The notes beneath the pieces were generated by a model. It was not told the origin of the DNA, made no database searches, and saw only the letters and a list, made by a program, of their open reading frames with translations. Below are positions 43,698-61,138 of a stretch of 64,000 bases of DNA, one piece after another. The stretch comes from Blastocystis sp. Blastoise (taxonomy: Eukaryota; Protista; Bigyra: Opalinata). The first letter of the stretch is position 1, and each line of letters opens with the position of its first letter. The stretch covers positions 62,001-126,000 of the forward strand of contig JBBPEB010000005.1 in NCBI GenBank assembly GCA_039096225.1, in the 5' to 3' direction. The position numbers and the translations under genes were made by a program.

Positions 43698-44660
43698 ACA
43701 TAATAATAATAATAAATAATAATAATATATAATAAATAATAATAATAAATAATAATAACAATAATAATATACGAAGTGCTTCAAGATCGAAGTTCACTTG
43801 TTTATTTTCTAAGGTATTCACTTCATCCTTCGAGAAGCGTCCGTTAGAACCAGTATCTACGATGTCTTTCCCTTGGGAATTAGAGGCTTTTGAAGTATTC
43901 GTAGCATTTGTCTCTTTATATTCACCATCAATAACAGCCTTACGCCATTTATCATATGTCCATAATTCTACAGGAGCATCTTTAGAGAGCGTCGAAGGAG
44001 GAACGAGGGGAGGTAATATAGGCTATATATATAATAATAATAAGTATTAATATAAACATAAATAACTATAACTATAAATATAAATAAAATAAAATAAGCA
44101 TACCCAGTCACCTTCATATAATTCTCTTAATTTCATCTTTTCATTGAAAAACTATACATATATATATATAAATAAATAATTCAATAAAATACGAATTCTT
44201 TTCTAGTTGTTGGAGGTAGTTTCATAATACATCGTTTCTGTATAAAGAATAAAGTTATAAAAAAAAAATACAAGTTACATAATATATATTTATACATAAT
44301 ATTCATGCATTCTGTTTGAAATAGATGGGTCTTTTGCAATTTGATTAATTGTCCAATTTACTGGTTCATAATAGAATTCAGGATCTTCTTTATCATCTTC
44401 TTCATCGTATATTGATTCTAAATCAACATAACCTTTTTTGTTGTCTACTCTTTCTTGTTTCATTTCTTCAAGATCATAAACCTCAGGATTTGGAAACACA
44501 GGACTAACATATCTAGCAAAATTTCTAGAGAATACTAATCCAAGAGAACCATTTCTCAATGCACTTTTTGTAGCTCTATATTAAAGAATATTTGATATTT
44601 ATCTTATGTAGTCGCATACGGAATAGTACGATAAATTGTCTTCGCTAAGAAATTCATCAT
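42874..44660 (-). CDS. MRPS5: Mitochondrial ribosomal protein uS5m, about 8 exons
   Basis: TAQGRMRKETCLIVCGNTHGAVGLGYGK, AINEARSN, GYGIKG, GVTDAIVKVRGNQNP; presequence-like N-terminus. Confidence 0.8.
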
Positions 44661-44970
44661 ATATATAGTGAGAAACTACCTTTAATGAAAATGACTAAAA
44701 AAAGGAGAGAATTCTGATTTCTTGGAAAAAACATGGGACTTTTTCTTTTTTCAGGCATTTTCGATAATTTGAATTCAATTGTCTTTTAAAGTGTATAAAA
44801 ATGTAAAATTCATGATTTAGGGTATATTATTATTATTACATATATGTTTGTATATTAAGTAAAAACAAAACACAAAATAAGAGATAAAAAAAAACAATTA
44901 GATTCCCAAAAAAGTAGAAATGGCAAAATTTTAAAAAAATTAGGCTCCCAAATATATATATATATATTTC

Positions 44971-46656
44971 TTAGAGTTCAACATTGGCATTATTTTCTGC
45001 AGGAGTTTCAGTTTCAGAGGGTTCAGCTTCTACAGGATAAGGTTCAGAAGGAACAGGATAAGCAAGACCAACTTTATAATCTTCAATGAATTTCATAAGA
45101 GCTAAAGCGATTTCATCATAAGTTTCCATATCACCAGGATAATAGAAAGCATCTTTACTTCCAGCAGTAACAAGGAACATTTGAGGAATTTTATTAGGAT
45201 TTAAGTTATTTCTAGATAACCAGTTCTTATATTCAATACCATCGGAACAAATAATAGTGAATTCTCCACGTTCAATTACTTTCTTTTCAATAAGAGGAAG
45301 CATAGCCTATATATAGATTATTATAGTAATATTATTATATATATAATTTGTGGATGAATAATAATAATAATAATAATAATAAATATAATAAATATAATAA
45401 TAATATAATAAATATAATAAATATAATAATAATATAATAATAATAAACATAATAATAATATAATAATAATAACCATAATAAACATAATAATATAGCATTT
45501 TCGAATAGAGTAATACGAAGATCGTCCCAAGTCTTCTTAACATACTCCGGAGGGACCATGACTTGAACATATTTCCCTTCTTTACGGAAATACTTCTTAA
45601 GAGTATCATGAGTAGCACGAACAACCGTGGGAATCATATAGGGCTCAAAGAACTTGGTGATTCCTTCTTCAGTCCAATTATCACTTATATAGTTTGTTTG
45701 ATGTTCATCGAAATCTCTATAGAACATAAGAGATGGTTTATCAGTGGGCATATCAAAGATCTCCATGATTTCAGTGTCGAATACTTCAGCAATTCTGAAA
45801 TCACCTAAATCAGCTACATATTGAATAAATACTTTATATTCTTCACAGTTTTTAGTAGGGAAGAAACCAGTAATAGAAGGAGCAATAGAACTATCGGGAG
45901 TACCTCTCCAGAAAGCAAACTTCATAGCTTCATTAGCATCAGTAATAGTAACAGCAGGAGAACCAGCATCTTCAAAATGAAGTTGAATCTATATATATAT
46001 ATATTAATAATAATAAAACATAAACATAATAAATATAATAATAAAACATAAACATAATAAGTATAATAATAACACTAATAAACATAGTATACCTTAGTAA
46101 AATAAAGAAGACTTTCAAGGGAACGAGCACCATTGTAATTCATAGGAGTCATAGGATCCTATAATATATTATAATATATAATTCAAATAAAATAATTAAA
46201 AAAAAAATTATAATAAAATAATTATAAAAAAAAAACATTAAAAAAATAAAATTATAAAACCAAACCCATATATACCTTAACAAACCAGAATAAGGTAGGA
46301 GTATGAGTAATACCATATTTTTGAACAATTTCTAAATTAGCATTACCTTCAAGTTTAGCAACGACCATTTGAGGAATTTCAGTTTTACCCTTAGTAGCAA
46401 AAGCTTCCCAAGTAGGTAAGAATTTTCTACAAGCAGGACATTCTTCAGAATAGAATTCAACAAAGACAGCATCATTGTTGTTGATTACTTCATCAAAATT
46501 ATCCTTGGTTAATTCAACAATATTACTAGGTTCAGTAGCTTCTTGAGCAAAAGTAACAGAACAAATTCTAAAAAGAGAATAACATAAATATTATTCAAAT
46601 GATATATGATATCACATACATTGCAAAGCAAAAAAACAATTTAACACTAAATCTCA
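44971..46656 (-). CDS. Protein disulfide isomerase-family protein (signal peptide, one CPAC thioredoxin domain plus b-type domains, C-terminal NVEL), 5 exons
   Basis: VELTKDNFDEVINNNDAVFVEFYSEECPAC, YGITHTPTL, YNGARS, MFYRDFDE; last intron 45307-45496 is GC-AG. Confidence 0.85.
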
Positions 46657-47111
46657 TTCTTTTATATAATTAAAACAATAAAAAATAAATTATTCTCGAA
46701 ATGAACAAAAAATGAAAAAGAGAAGTGACAATCGTTGAGTGATGTGTGTCATCATTGTTCTTTCAAATCTATTGGATAAATAATCTCTTACAGAAATCTG
46801 ATTTGCCACTTTTGTGTATTTCCCACATCAAACATAATTCATGAAAGATCACAAATAATCACCAGAAAAACTCAAATTCCAAGGAATATTTTACGTCGTG
46901 AGTGACGAGTGTTTTGATATTGTTTTGTTAAATACTGTCATTCTCAGTCAATTTCAAACGTACTGAATAATGCTGGAAAATGACTGGAAGTCTTTCTACA
47001 ATTTTTATGAAGAATTTTTTTCATGAAAAAATCAACTTTTAAAAACAAAACTTCTTTTTTGAGACTTCTCAATTATATATCTTATTACTTTAGAATTTGG
47101 TGATAAAAACT

Positions 47112-47992
47112 ATGAATTCCAAGATTATAGTATTACTTGTCTCATTTTTAGGTATATATGAACTATTTTATGTTAGTCTATTTCATTTCTTCTAGTCACT
47201 TGCCATAGTTTATACTTTTATATTGATTACGTATGTTAGAAATATCTTGTTGCATTTAACAAATTCATAGAACCAACCAAAATGCGTTCTTGAGTCAGTT
47301 GTAGACAACACACCCCTCGTTTTCCATTACAAGAATTCTGATTTCTTTATGTTTAACGACTATAGTGAATCTGATGAATCTGATAAAGTTGATAATGTAA
47401 AAATTGATATTACAGATCCTGAAGGTGTTGTATCTTATGAAACAACTGCAAAAGAAAGCGGTAAATTTGTATTTACTCCTTATAAGAAAGGATATTATAA
47501 GGTATGTACTAAGATTAATAAAGGAAAAGATTCAACTGAACGTTCTTATGCTGATGGTGGTGAATTCGTATATTGAATAAGTTTATTATTTTTTATTTTA
47601 TTTATTATATTTTTTTATTTATTATATTTTATTATATATATTTTTGTTTTATGTATTTATTATATTTTTTTTATTTATTATATATATATTTTGTTTATTT
47701 ATTATATATTATTATATATATTTTTATTTATTATATATTTATTTATTTAATATATTATATATTATATTGCTTTGAATATAATTATAAATAAATATATCTA
47801 TATATATAGCGTTTTTATTTTGATATAAAGCGAGGTGTTGAAACCATGAATGCTACGGTCATTGCACGTGCCAGCGATATTGCCGCCACTAGTACCGCGT
47901 TAGATCAATTAACAAGTGCCATTAAAAATATGAAGAATGAATTAGAATATCAAAATGTATGTTATATATTCAATGGTACTTTTATTTATTGA

Positions 47993-48030
<38 letters not shown>

Positions 48031-48269
48031 GGAAGAAGAACAGAAAGTACGTGATAAAGATGATGAAACCAATAATAAACTTATGATGTGGTCGATTATT
48101 GAAGTATATATATGCTTATAATAATATAATAATATTATAATATAATAATAATATATAATAATAATAATAAATAAATATTTTATTTCTCTAGGCAACTGTT
48201 CTTATATTAGTAGCATTTTGGCAAGTCTATTCTATTCGTTCCTATTTATTTAAATCTCATATTATCTAA
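47112..48269 (+). CDS. p24/emp24/TMED cargo receptor (GOLD domain), 6 exons
   Basis: Signal peptide, LYFYID..PKC, DITDPEG, GKFVFT..GYYKVC, TNNKLMMWSIIE..WQVYSIRSYL. Confidence 0.9.
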
Positions 48270-48484
48270 TTGATATATGTTATACAATATATTATATATT
48301 TTATTATTCATTATTTAAACAAAAAAAAATTATTTATTTTATTATTTGATTCAGTTGTTCAAACTAATTTTTCAACCCTTTTTCACTTGTTGTATTTTCA
48401 TATATATAGAAATCGATTTATTATAATGATAACTGACTTTATAAGAAACACAACAATCATTTGAATTTATATCATTTTTACTCA

Positions 48485-51508
<3,024 letters not shown>

Positions 51509-51765
51509 TTTTGTTGTTCTTAGTATACTTTATTAAATTATAAGTAATATATTACAAATTTATATATAAATAAATAGGTTATATAATAGATCAGAAAATA
51601 TTTACACTTTTCTAAATGGAGAAAATTTGCGTTTTTAAATAGAAAACACAGAATTCTGAAGTTGAATTCAGATGGAGTTGACTTTGACGCCAAAGACGTA
51701 TTTATTTAAATTGTGAGTTTTTTTTTATAATTTAAATTTTTATATTCTTTTTTAAAACTATTCAG

Positions 51766-52994
51766 ATGTCTGAATCATTTTGGTCTTCTTCTCAATAGTA
51801 TATAAGATCTTGTATATATGAATATAAATGTATATAGCAAGGAGTGGACATCAAAATTGACCCCAGAAATTATAAAACAGGAACATAACAAAAATAATAA
51901 TCTTTTCGATGAGAAAGAGACAGAAGCTATTTTTTGCCATTGCATTAACTGTATATATATATAAATAAGTCTGATATAAAAAATTCAATTATCTTATTTC
52001 AAGTTGATTCTTGTTATGTATAGTGTTGTTTGGAATTGGGAAACGAAATTCATATCCTCATACTGTGATCTGTACATCTATTATCTATTTTCAAAGAGCT
52101 TATTTAAAATTGTCCTTTACACAATTACATCCTTATTTAGCTATTCCAACTGTACTATATTTGAGTTCGAAGGTATTTTTTAAAAATAAGAATACTTATT
52201 ATTTGTTTACTTGATTATAATATGTTTCTCTTTATAATTTATCTATTTTATTGATTGTAGTCATTATAAGTTTTTATTTTTTTTTAGACTGAAGAGGTGA
52301 TTCCTATGATAAAAAAAATATTAAATAATTATATAACTGAATTAAAATATCGTCATTTACCGTTACTTCAGTGGACTTCAGATGATATTAATCAGGCTGA
52401 ATGTTTATTATTAAATATATTTAATTTTGATATTATAATTCATCATCCTTTTCAAACTCTTGATTTTTATGTAGAAGAAATGCATTTAAAAGAATATACA
52501 CAAGTTTCATGGTATATATAAATAGTAATTTTATTTTTGTTTTTATTATATTTATTATTATTTTATGATTATTTTATGATTATTTTATGATTATTTTATG
52601 ATTATTTTATGATTATTTTATGATTATTTTATTATTATTTTATTATTATTTTATTATTATTTTATTATTTTATTTTTCTATCATGCTATATATATATATA
52701 TATATACTATAAATATATATATATAGGACAATATTGAATGATATATATTATACTTCTCTTCCTCTGCTTTATCCTCCCTATATGCTAGCTTTAACTGCTA
52801 TATATATGACATCTATTTATTCACAAGCAGATATACTTCAATGCCTTACAGATATGGATATCGATATTCAGGATATATTCGAAATAACCGCGGAAATCGT
52901 CAAATTTTATAAGAATAATTCTGTATTAGTTGATTATGATAGTCAATTCGCAGATCTCATTCTACGAATTGATATACATTTAGAAAAGAAATAA
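51766..52994 (+). CDS. CCNC: Cyclin C (CDK8/Mediator kinase module), 5 exons
   Basis: MSESFWSSSQYKEW N-terminus, VICTSIIYFQRAY, LYLSSKTEE, IIHHPFQTL, NDIYYTSLPLLYPPYMLAL. Confidence 0.88.
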
Positions 52995-54280
52995 AGAAAA
53001 TATATATATTATTATATTCTCTTTATTTTCTGTTTTTTTCTATTATTCAAAATATTGCTTTTTTGTAATTATTATTTGTGTAATATTATATCTCTTTGTA
53101 TTAATAATAATAATATAATAATATAATATAATAATAATATAATATAATAATAATAATATAATATAATAATATATCTTCTTATATATCTTTTATATACATT
53201 CTTTTTTTTTTATTTATTTCTATACTTATTCAATAAACATTTTTTTATAAACATATTTTAATAAACATTATTTTCTAAACAATTTTCTAAACAATAATTT
53301 TTCTTTCTTTTTCCATGTGCAATTACTTATTTAAATCATATCATTATTCCTTTTTATATATTTTCCCTTTTTGGTTTTTATTTATTTCTTTTTGTTGTTT
53401 ACTGTCGTTTCTATATCTTTATTTTAATTCTATTTTTAATATTCAAGTTCTTTTTTTTCATATTTCTATGGATATCTTCATACATATCTATATATACATA
53501 TAGATATGTATACTCTTTTTCTTCTTCTTCTTTTTGTCGATCTTCGCAGTATTTCCATAACAGATAATTATTTTAAAACAAATAATTCATTTTCTTTTTC
53601 TCTGTTTATCCTTATATATATATATTCATAAATATTCTTATTCTATATATCTATCTTTTTAGCACTAATTATGTGTATATAAGATTTAAAATTTTTGTTT
53701 ATATATATAAAGTATTCTATATTTCTATTTTTACTGTTTCTGCCTCATTGATTTATTTCTATATATTTACATATATATATATTTCTTTTTATTCTTTTAT
53801 AGAATTCATCATATTAGCTCATTTATATGTACATATTATTTAAACTATTAATTGATTTTTAATACTCTTTTCTACTTTTTTTATACTCTTTTTTTTCATA
53901 TATATATATACGTCTCTGGTTGTTCATATATATATATATTATTTGTTTGTTTATAGATATCTTCTCTCTCTCTCTCAGTCTATATTATTATTTATTCTTT
54001 TCTGGCTTGAATACACTTTCAAATACAGTTCAACTTTTTTTGGTTTGAAGTATTCTCTTCATATATGTGTTTGTTGTGGTTTCTTTATAAAAATTATTAA
54101 TGCTATTTTGTTGTATATCTTTATTGTTATCAGTATATGCTTCATTATTATACTAGTAGCTACTGTTGTTTATATCAGTTCATAATAAAAAATAAATAAT
54201 ATTCCATGAATAAACGTTGACACTAAACAAATAGAGAACTAACATAGAATAAACTTGTAGATATTTTACATAATATATAT

Positions 54281-55277
54281 TTATAAATCTAGATCATTAT
54301 CTAAATCAAAGTTTTCATCATCATCACTATGCGTCATATATATAGTATCTTCTATTATGTCTCTTGTCTCTCCTATAACCTGGAAACTATCTTCAATTAC
54401 TGGCTCTTCCTTGTTCTCTTTCTACATATAGAGTATTGTTGATATATATAGGGATATTCATTATATATATAAGAATATAGGATATTAGTATATATTAAAT
54501 AATAAATACAGATTGTTCAGTAATACAAATAGAATCTTCATTATCTTTTTCATCCCATCGATATTCTAAGAACAATACAACCAATTTCCCTGAAGGCTTT
54601 TTATAAAAACATTTAATTTCATTATTTGATTCTATTTTAAGGGTTATAGATGCCATACTATATAATATATTAAGATATTCTTTGTTCCAATCTTCATTAC
54701 ACACTGTAGTTATGATTGAATTATAATATCCTTCTTTATGAAACGATCTTGAATCATCTAATTCATGTAGATGACTCAATACAACATGTATATCAGTACT
54801 ATTATATGGAGATAATGTGTCAATATATAAGATAGAACCATCTAAAAATAAAAATTATATAAAAATGAAATAAAAATAAAAAATGACATAAAAATTAAAA
54901 TATGATATAAAAATTAAAAAAAGATATAAAAATAAAACTATATAAAAAAAGTTAAAAATAAATACTAGGAATCGTCCCTTGAAGAAGACTTTCTTTTCTC
55001 TATATATACACAAACAATACATTTATATATACACAAATAATACATTTATATATTGAATTTTATGTGATTGAGAAAGAATGTGTTCAATTTGTGAATGATT
55101 TCGATCGAAAGAAAGCACAGATGTATTTGAATATTGTTTCATATTTCTTTGAATCATATTTGTAAGAACACAAGAAATTTGGAATGCATTAAAATAATAA
55201 CGATCACTACTTTCAACTAAAAAAAGACATCCAGGCTTTGGTTGCTCACGAAGTACACTATTAATTGCTGTTTCCAT
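54281..55277 (-). CDS. Putative Elongator subunit ELP5-like protein, 4 exons
   Basis: In-frame GT-AG splicing; ILYIDTLS, VLSHLH, KKPSGK and an acidic C-terminus IYMTHSDDENFDLDNDLDL* resembling Elp5 tails. Confidence 0.5.
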
Positions 55278-55564
55278 ATGAGAAGAGTTTTATGAAGAAT
55301 ATGATGGTGATAAGAAAGCAAAATAAACTTTGAATTCCTCTATAACAAGCAATATTCAATATTTGTACATAATTCAGACGAAGTCAACGAGATTTTCAGT
55401 CATAATCTCCCAAATCTGTTTAGTAGCAAAAACTGGATGTTCCGTTTGATAATAATCTTATGATCACTATACATTTGGGTTGTCATTTACATCTCATTTC
55501 CTTTATCAATTCAATTTGTTTATATTTTTTATTTATTGTTTTACTGTTCTTACACTGAATCAAA

Positions 55565-56673
55565 ATGAAGTTTTGGACTTTCTTTTTTATGACTGTTGTC
55601 TTATTATTTGCTCTTGCTCATATCCTTTATTCATAATCTATATCATTTATTATTGTTTTTTACTTATTCTGGTTATATATATTCCTTAATTATTGTACCT
55701 ACTGTCAGAGCTGAAGAAGAATTTGAGAATACCGTTGACATGAAGCAACAAACTGAAGATGATGAAGAATTTGATCCTTCTCAATTCCAAGAAACTGATG
55801 AAGCTGCTGAAGAAGAAACTAAACAACCTGAAACTGAAGCTGAACCTGTTTATGAAGATCTTGATGAAGAACCTATTAAGATTATGTCTCTTCCTATTCA
55901 TCCTCTTACTGATATTCCTGAACCTGCTGGTGATGTTGAAGTTACTTACAAATTTGTTGATGGTGAAGAATGTATGTATTTGTTTGTTTGTTTGTTTGTT
56001 TGTTTTTTTTTTTGTATTAGTATTGTTATTCATTTTTTTTATTATTTATTATTTATTATTTATTATCAATCTATATCTTTCCCTATTGGTGAAGGTATTC
56101 GTTGTCTTATTCACTTACGTAATAAGGGTAACAACTTATATAATGTAACTAATGCTATGGGTTCTTTAAATAATGTTAAGACTTTCAGTACTTATTATCA
56201 AAATGTATATATATTATTCATTTATTATTTTTATTATATTGTTATTTTATTAATATTATTATTATTATTATTCTTCTATATAGTTCACAGAAAAGAATTT
56301 CAATACCACTTTATATCCTGGTTATGAAATTACTCTTAATTATGTTTTCGGTATTTACAATCTTATGGATCCTAATAACTATCAAATGGCTCTTACCATT
56401 TTCTATGAAACTGAAACTGATTCTTATGCTACTACCTTCTATAACCAAACTGCTAAGTGTGTTGATCATTCCAATCTCTTTGATGTTGAAACTATTGGTA
56501 TGCTTTTAACTTTCATTGCTGCTATCTTTGGTTGTCTCTATTATTTCACTGGTTTCTTCTCCAAGGCTCCCACTAAGGTAATTAACCCTGTTGATGAACA
56601 TGATGAATGGATTAAGGATAATCTTGTTACTAATAATCTTAGAAGATCTTCTTCTGCTTCTTCTAGTCAATAA
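55565..56673 (+). CDS. SSR1: Translocon-associated protein alpha (TRAP-alpha/SSR1), 4 exons
   Basis: Signal peptide, acidic N-terminus, FPIGE..CLIHLRNKG..YNV..GSL..YYQNFT, TTFYNQT, one TM helix, DEWI tail; introns 1 and 2 are non-canonical. Confidence 0.88.
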
Positions 56674-56895
56674 ATGAATAGTCTAGAAGCTCAGAATTCT
56701 CTATAACATAATATATAAGCTAATCTTTATTTATGGGCATTATTTAAAACGCATCTCTTAATTTATTCTTGTGTTTTGTTTAGAATTATAAGATCTATTT
56801 AATTGAATTCTTTATTTAAAACAATACTCTTTATTGAAGAACAAATATACATAATTTTTCACATAAAATAAAACAATTGATATATATATGTATAA

Positions 56896-57440
56896 TTACA
56901 TATAAGTAGGAGCTTTACAGTGTTCTTTGTGATTCTTCCAATCATTCACTTGACAGTCTCTGCTACAATAATAGACAGAACGACATTTAGAACATTTCTT
57001 ATATAATTGTCCATTCTCTTCATATTTACCACATTTTTGACATTTATGTATTTGACGAATATGTCCGTCAATATCCATAACATAAGGAACAGTTGTCATC
57101 GATTTATACATATTTGAAAGGTAACTATATATATATTAGGATATTAATATATTTATATTAGGATATTAATATTATGATTTAAATAATATAATTTAATATA
57201 TATATAATATGATATTAATAATATGTTTTAAATATATATATATATATATACGGTGATTTCTTAGGTACAATATGAAGGACAATAGCTTCAGGTATACAAT
57301 ACTTTTCATAACTTAATAATGTTGATATAGTCATATTAGGATCTATACGTACCCAATGTTGTTCTTTAAAATGATGTATAAGTTCTTCTTTTGGTCTATT
57401 AAGAGTATAAGGTAATACCATCCATTCTTGAAACTATATA

Positions 57441-57483
<43 letters not shown>

Positions 57484-57577
57484 TATATATATATATATAC
57501 CCAGACATCAATATTATCAGGTCTATAAATATAATCTTTATCCCAAGGGGCTCTATTATTAGCGTCACCTAATACTG

Positions 57578-57656
<79 letters not shown>

Positions 57657-59136
57657 TTATTATTATTATGAATATATATACTTGAATATGAGCAGCAATA
57701 GTATCTTGTTCATTCGATTTTAATATACAATCACTTTGTTGATATTCAGGATATAAAAATAACATTGGGAAATTAATAGTGACTTTCCCGTGGGAATCCT
57801 TCTCTAATGACATCTTAGCATCATATTGTAAATTCTCAAAGATCTTTGGTCCAATCTTTATAAATAAATAAATAAATAAATAAATAAATATAAATAAATA
57901 AATAAATATAAATAAATAAATATAAATAAATATAAATAAATAAATATAAATAAACAATATATATATACTTTATATCCTTTTTGTATACATTTGGCTTGAA
58001 CATCCTGCTCTTTAAGTTCCTTCTCAATTCTCTATATATATATATAATAATAATAATACATAAACTATTAGATAGAATAATAAATAGAATAAATATTCGT
58101 TTCTAGAGTAATCAATATAATATATATATAAATAAATTATATATATATAATATACCTTCTTTTCAATTTCTTCTAACTGTTTATCTTTCAACTTCTGACA
58201 ATATATACTTTTATTTCTTAATTTATCAATCCATTCTTCTTTTCCTAAGATTGTTTCAGCCACTTTCAGCTCTTCTAAGGCATCCATAAACTTATATAAT
58301 TCCATTAAACCACGCACTTTACGATATAATGCTTTTGTATTATTAGGCTATATATATATATATGTTATATTATATTAAATAATATAGTATATTAAATAAA
58401 AATAATATATTATAAATAAAATAAAACATATATCATAAATAAAATAAAACATATATCATAAATAAAATAAAACATATATTATAAATAAAATAAAACATAT
58501 ATTATAAAAAAAATTCATTTTAAAAAATTATTATTGTAAATATCTCCTTATAAATAAAGCAAAATAAAAATCATATTGATTCACTTACTTTATACTTTAA
58601 TGAATCATTGGCATCGTTAATAGCAGATCTAAAATTTTTCTTCGTTAATTGTAATTGACAACGATAGCAATACACTTCAGAAAGTTTTAAATTCATTAAT
58701 TCCTTATTTTCTATTTTCTTTGCTTGATCAATAGCTTCATTGTAAGCTTCCATAGCAGTTATATAACCTGGTGGACCACGCTTCATACTTTGCTCAGCTT
58801 GATAAATTTGATTTTCAACTATCTCCTCTATAAATCATTAATAATTCATACAATAAACAAATAAACTCAATCAACTATACCTGGAGATTGTTCATCATAA
58901 GCTAAACTTTGTAAAGCTTGTAAAGTCGTATTATTGCTATTTGACTATCATATACAAAAGAAAATGTTAAAAATAAGAAAATTAGCAAATACAGCATTAA
59001 TCTCATCAAAAAACAATGGACTCTCTTCGATATCCTGGAAGAAATTATCAGCTTCCTTCGATTTCCATATACTTTCCAAATCTAATTCATCCCAAACACT
59101 ATCTTCCAGAATACTTGGATCTATTTGACCATTCAT
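56896..59136 (-). CDS. TTC4: TTC4/Cns1 Hsp90 co-chaperone (TPR plus wheel domain) with C-terminal MYND zinc finger, 9 exons
   Basis: SPLFF, LQALQSLAYDEQSPEE, KNFRSAIND..PNNTKALYR, FPMLFLYPEYQQSD, PWDKDY; final exon CQKC..CSKCRSVYYCSRDCQVNDWKNHKEHC. Confidence 0.85.
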
Positions 59137-59871
59137 TGTATAGTTATACTTTCACAAATAATTTAAAGATCAACAATACTTTGCTTTTCACTAATTTATA
59201 ATGAATGGAATACTTTGTCAAAATTCCATGAAAATTCTTCTTATTTCTATTCAAAAAAAGAATTTTTCTACTCAAACAAATACTTTTATAAACTAGTCTT
59301 CTTATCTTCATTGATTTCTTTTTTTCTTTTTCATGCCTTATGAATAAAAGTACACAATTGTCTAAACCAACCTAAAGTGAATTATTGATCAAAGTATATA
59401 CATATTTTCTTTTACTAGTTTTCTTTTGCTTATTTTACCGTTTCATTAGATAATCTCATATCACCTACATGTATTCCTATGCAATCTAACTGAATTCCTT
59501 GTATTATTTATACAGAAACATATTTTTCATCCATGACATCTCAAATCGCTCTTGAAGTGGATATTACTTATTATTACTATCAATCAAAAGAATCTCAATT
59601 CATATATTTTATGATTATGTATATATAGTTGATAGATTTGACTAGAAACCAAAAGTTATATTCATGATAATTTTAAAATCTTCTTCTCTTCTAGATAGGC
59701 AAAAAGTCACGTGAGTTTGCTTTTTTTAAGCAACTCATTTGTAACTAACCTCTTTTTGTGATAAAATTATATTATTCTTTGATGATATACTAGACTTCAT
59801 GAGAGACACACTTTTTATTTTGTAATAAATACATATCAGACTCAATTCAACTTTATTCCATAATTGATACC

Positions 59872-61107
59872 ATGTCGTTGCCTAGAATAGTGTATAACTA
59901 CGAATTACTTGAATTAATTGGGAAAGGAAGCTATGGACATGCTTATATTGCTAATGACATTATTACTCACGTAAATAAATATAAACAAATAAAAAGACCA
60001 CAATTTTTGTTTTATTCTATTATTTTTCTACGTTTTATATCCTATCTAGAAAAAAGTTGTTATTAAAGAAGTATCCATATATCATATAGAAGAGAAGGAT
60101 ATGAAAAGTCTTAATCAAGAAATTATATTACTGAAAGAACTCAGACACCCATTCATCATCGATTATATAGATCATTTCACCTTAAATGACTATATGTATA
60201 TCGTTATGGAGTATGCAAGCACAGGTATATTACTTTAGATATTCTATTTACGGTAACAAACTATTTTTATTTACATTAAGTACTCGATGTACCCTCTCTA
60301 TGCACTTTTACTTTCTTTAGGTGATCTCCATAAAGTCACTAAAGATCGAGCTCCTTTGATATTCTCCAATGAGACGATATATATGTGGTAAGTCCTCTTA
60401 AAAACTGCATTAACTTTTTTATTAATTTCAGTTTTATCCATAAAAAACATCTATATCATATATAGGCTTGTCCAACTTCTTCTTGCCTTGTATTATTTAC
60501 ATAAAAATAAAATTATTCACCGAGATATCAAACCTCAAAATATTTTCGTTATGGAAGTATATTAATTATTTAAAAAAATAAAATTAAACTCACATACAAC
60601 TCTATTTTCACATCTTAGTGTCATTTCCATATATATAGGATTATACTTGTAAAATTGGTGATTTCGGAATTTCACGTATTCTAAGGTTTACTCGTGAAAA
60701 AGCATTTACACCTATTGGCACACCACTTTATACATCTCCTGAGATATGTATTGTATGTTTTTAAGTTTAATATATAAAAATAGTCTCAATCATATGTTAT
60801 TTAGGGTTATGCTTATGATAGTAAAACAGATATGTGGTCTCTAGGTTGTGTTCTATATGAGCTCATGGCTTTTAAAACTCCATTTCAAGCAAATACACTT
60901 GTTGAACTAATGACAAAAATCAAATTAGGTGCCTATCCACCTCTACCTGAATCTTTTGAGTATTTATATATATATCTTATAAGTATTTCTAATGTTTATT
61001 CATATATAAATAGTCCTCATTTGAGAGAAATAACTTCTCAATTACTAACAAACAATCAAAAGTATATAATTAGAATATTAGTTCATATAAATTTTTGTTT
61101 TTTAATT

Positions 61108-61138
<31 letters not shown>

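Noticed and set aside
52995-54280. 1.3-kb T-rich region with hydrophobic ORFs (53315..53503, 53943..54185)
   Set aside because: Low-complexity sequence between convergent genes, consistent with 3' UTR or intergenic DNA; no coding or structural support
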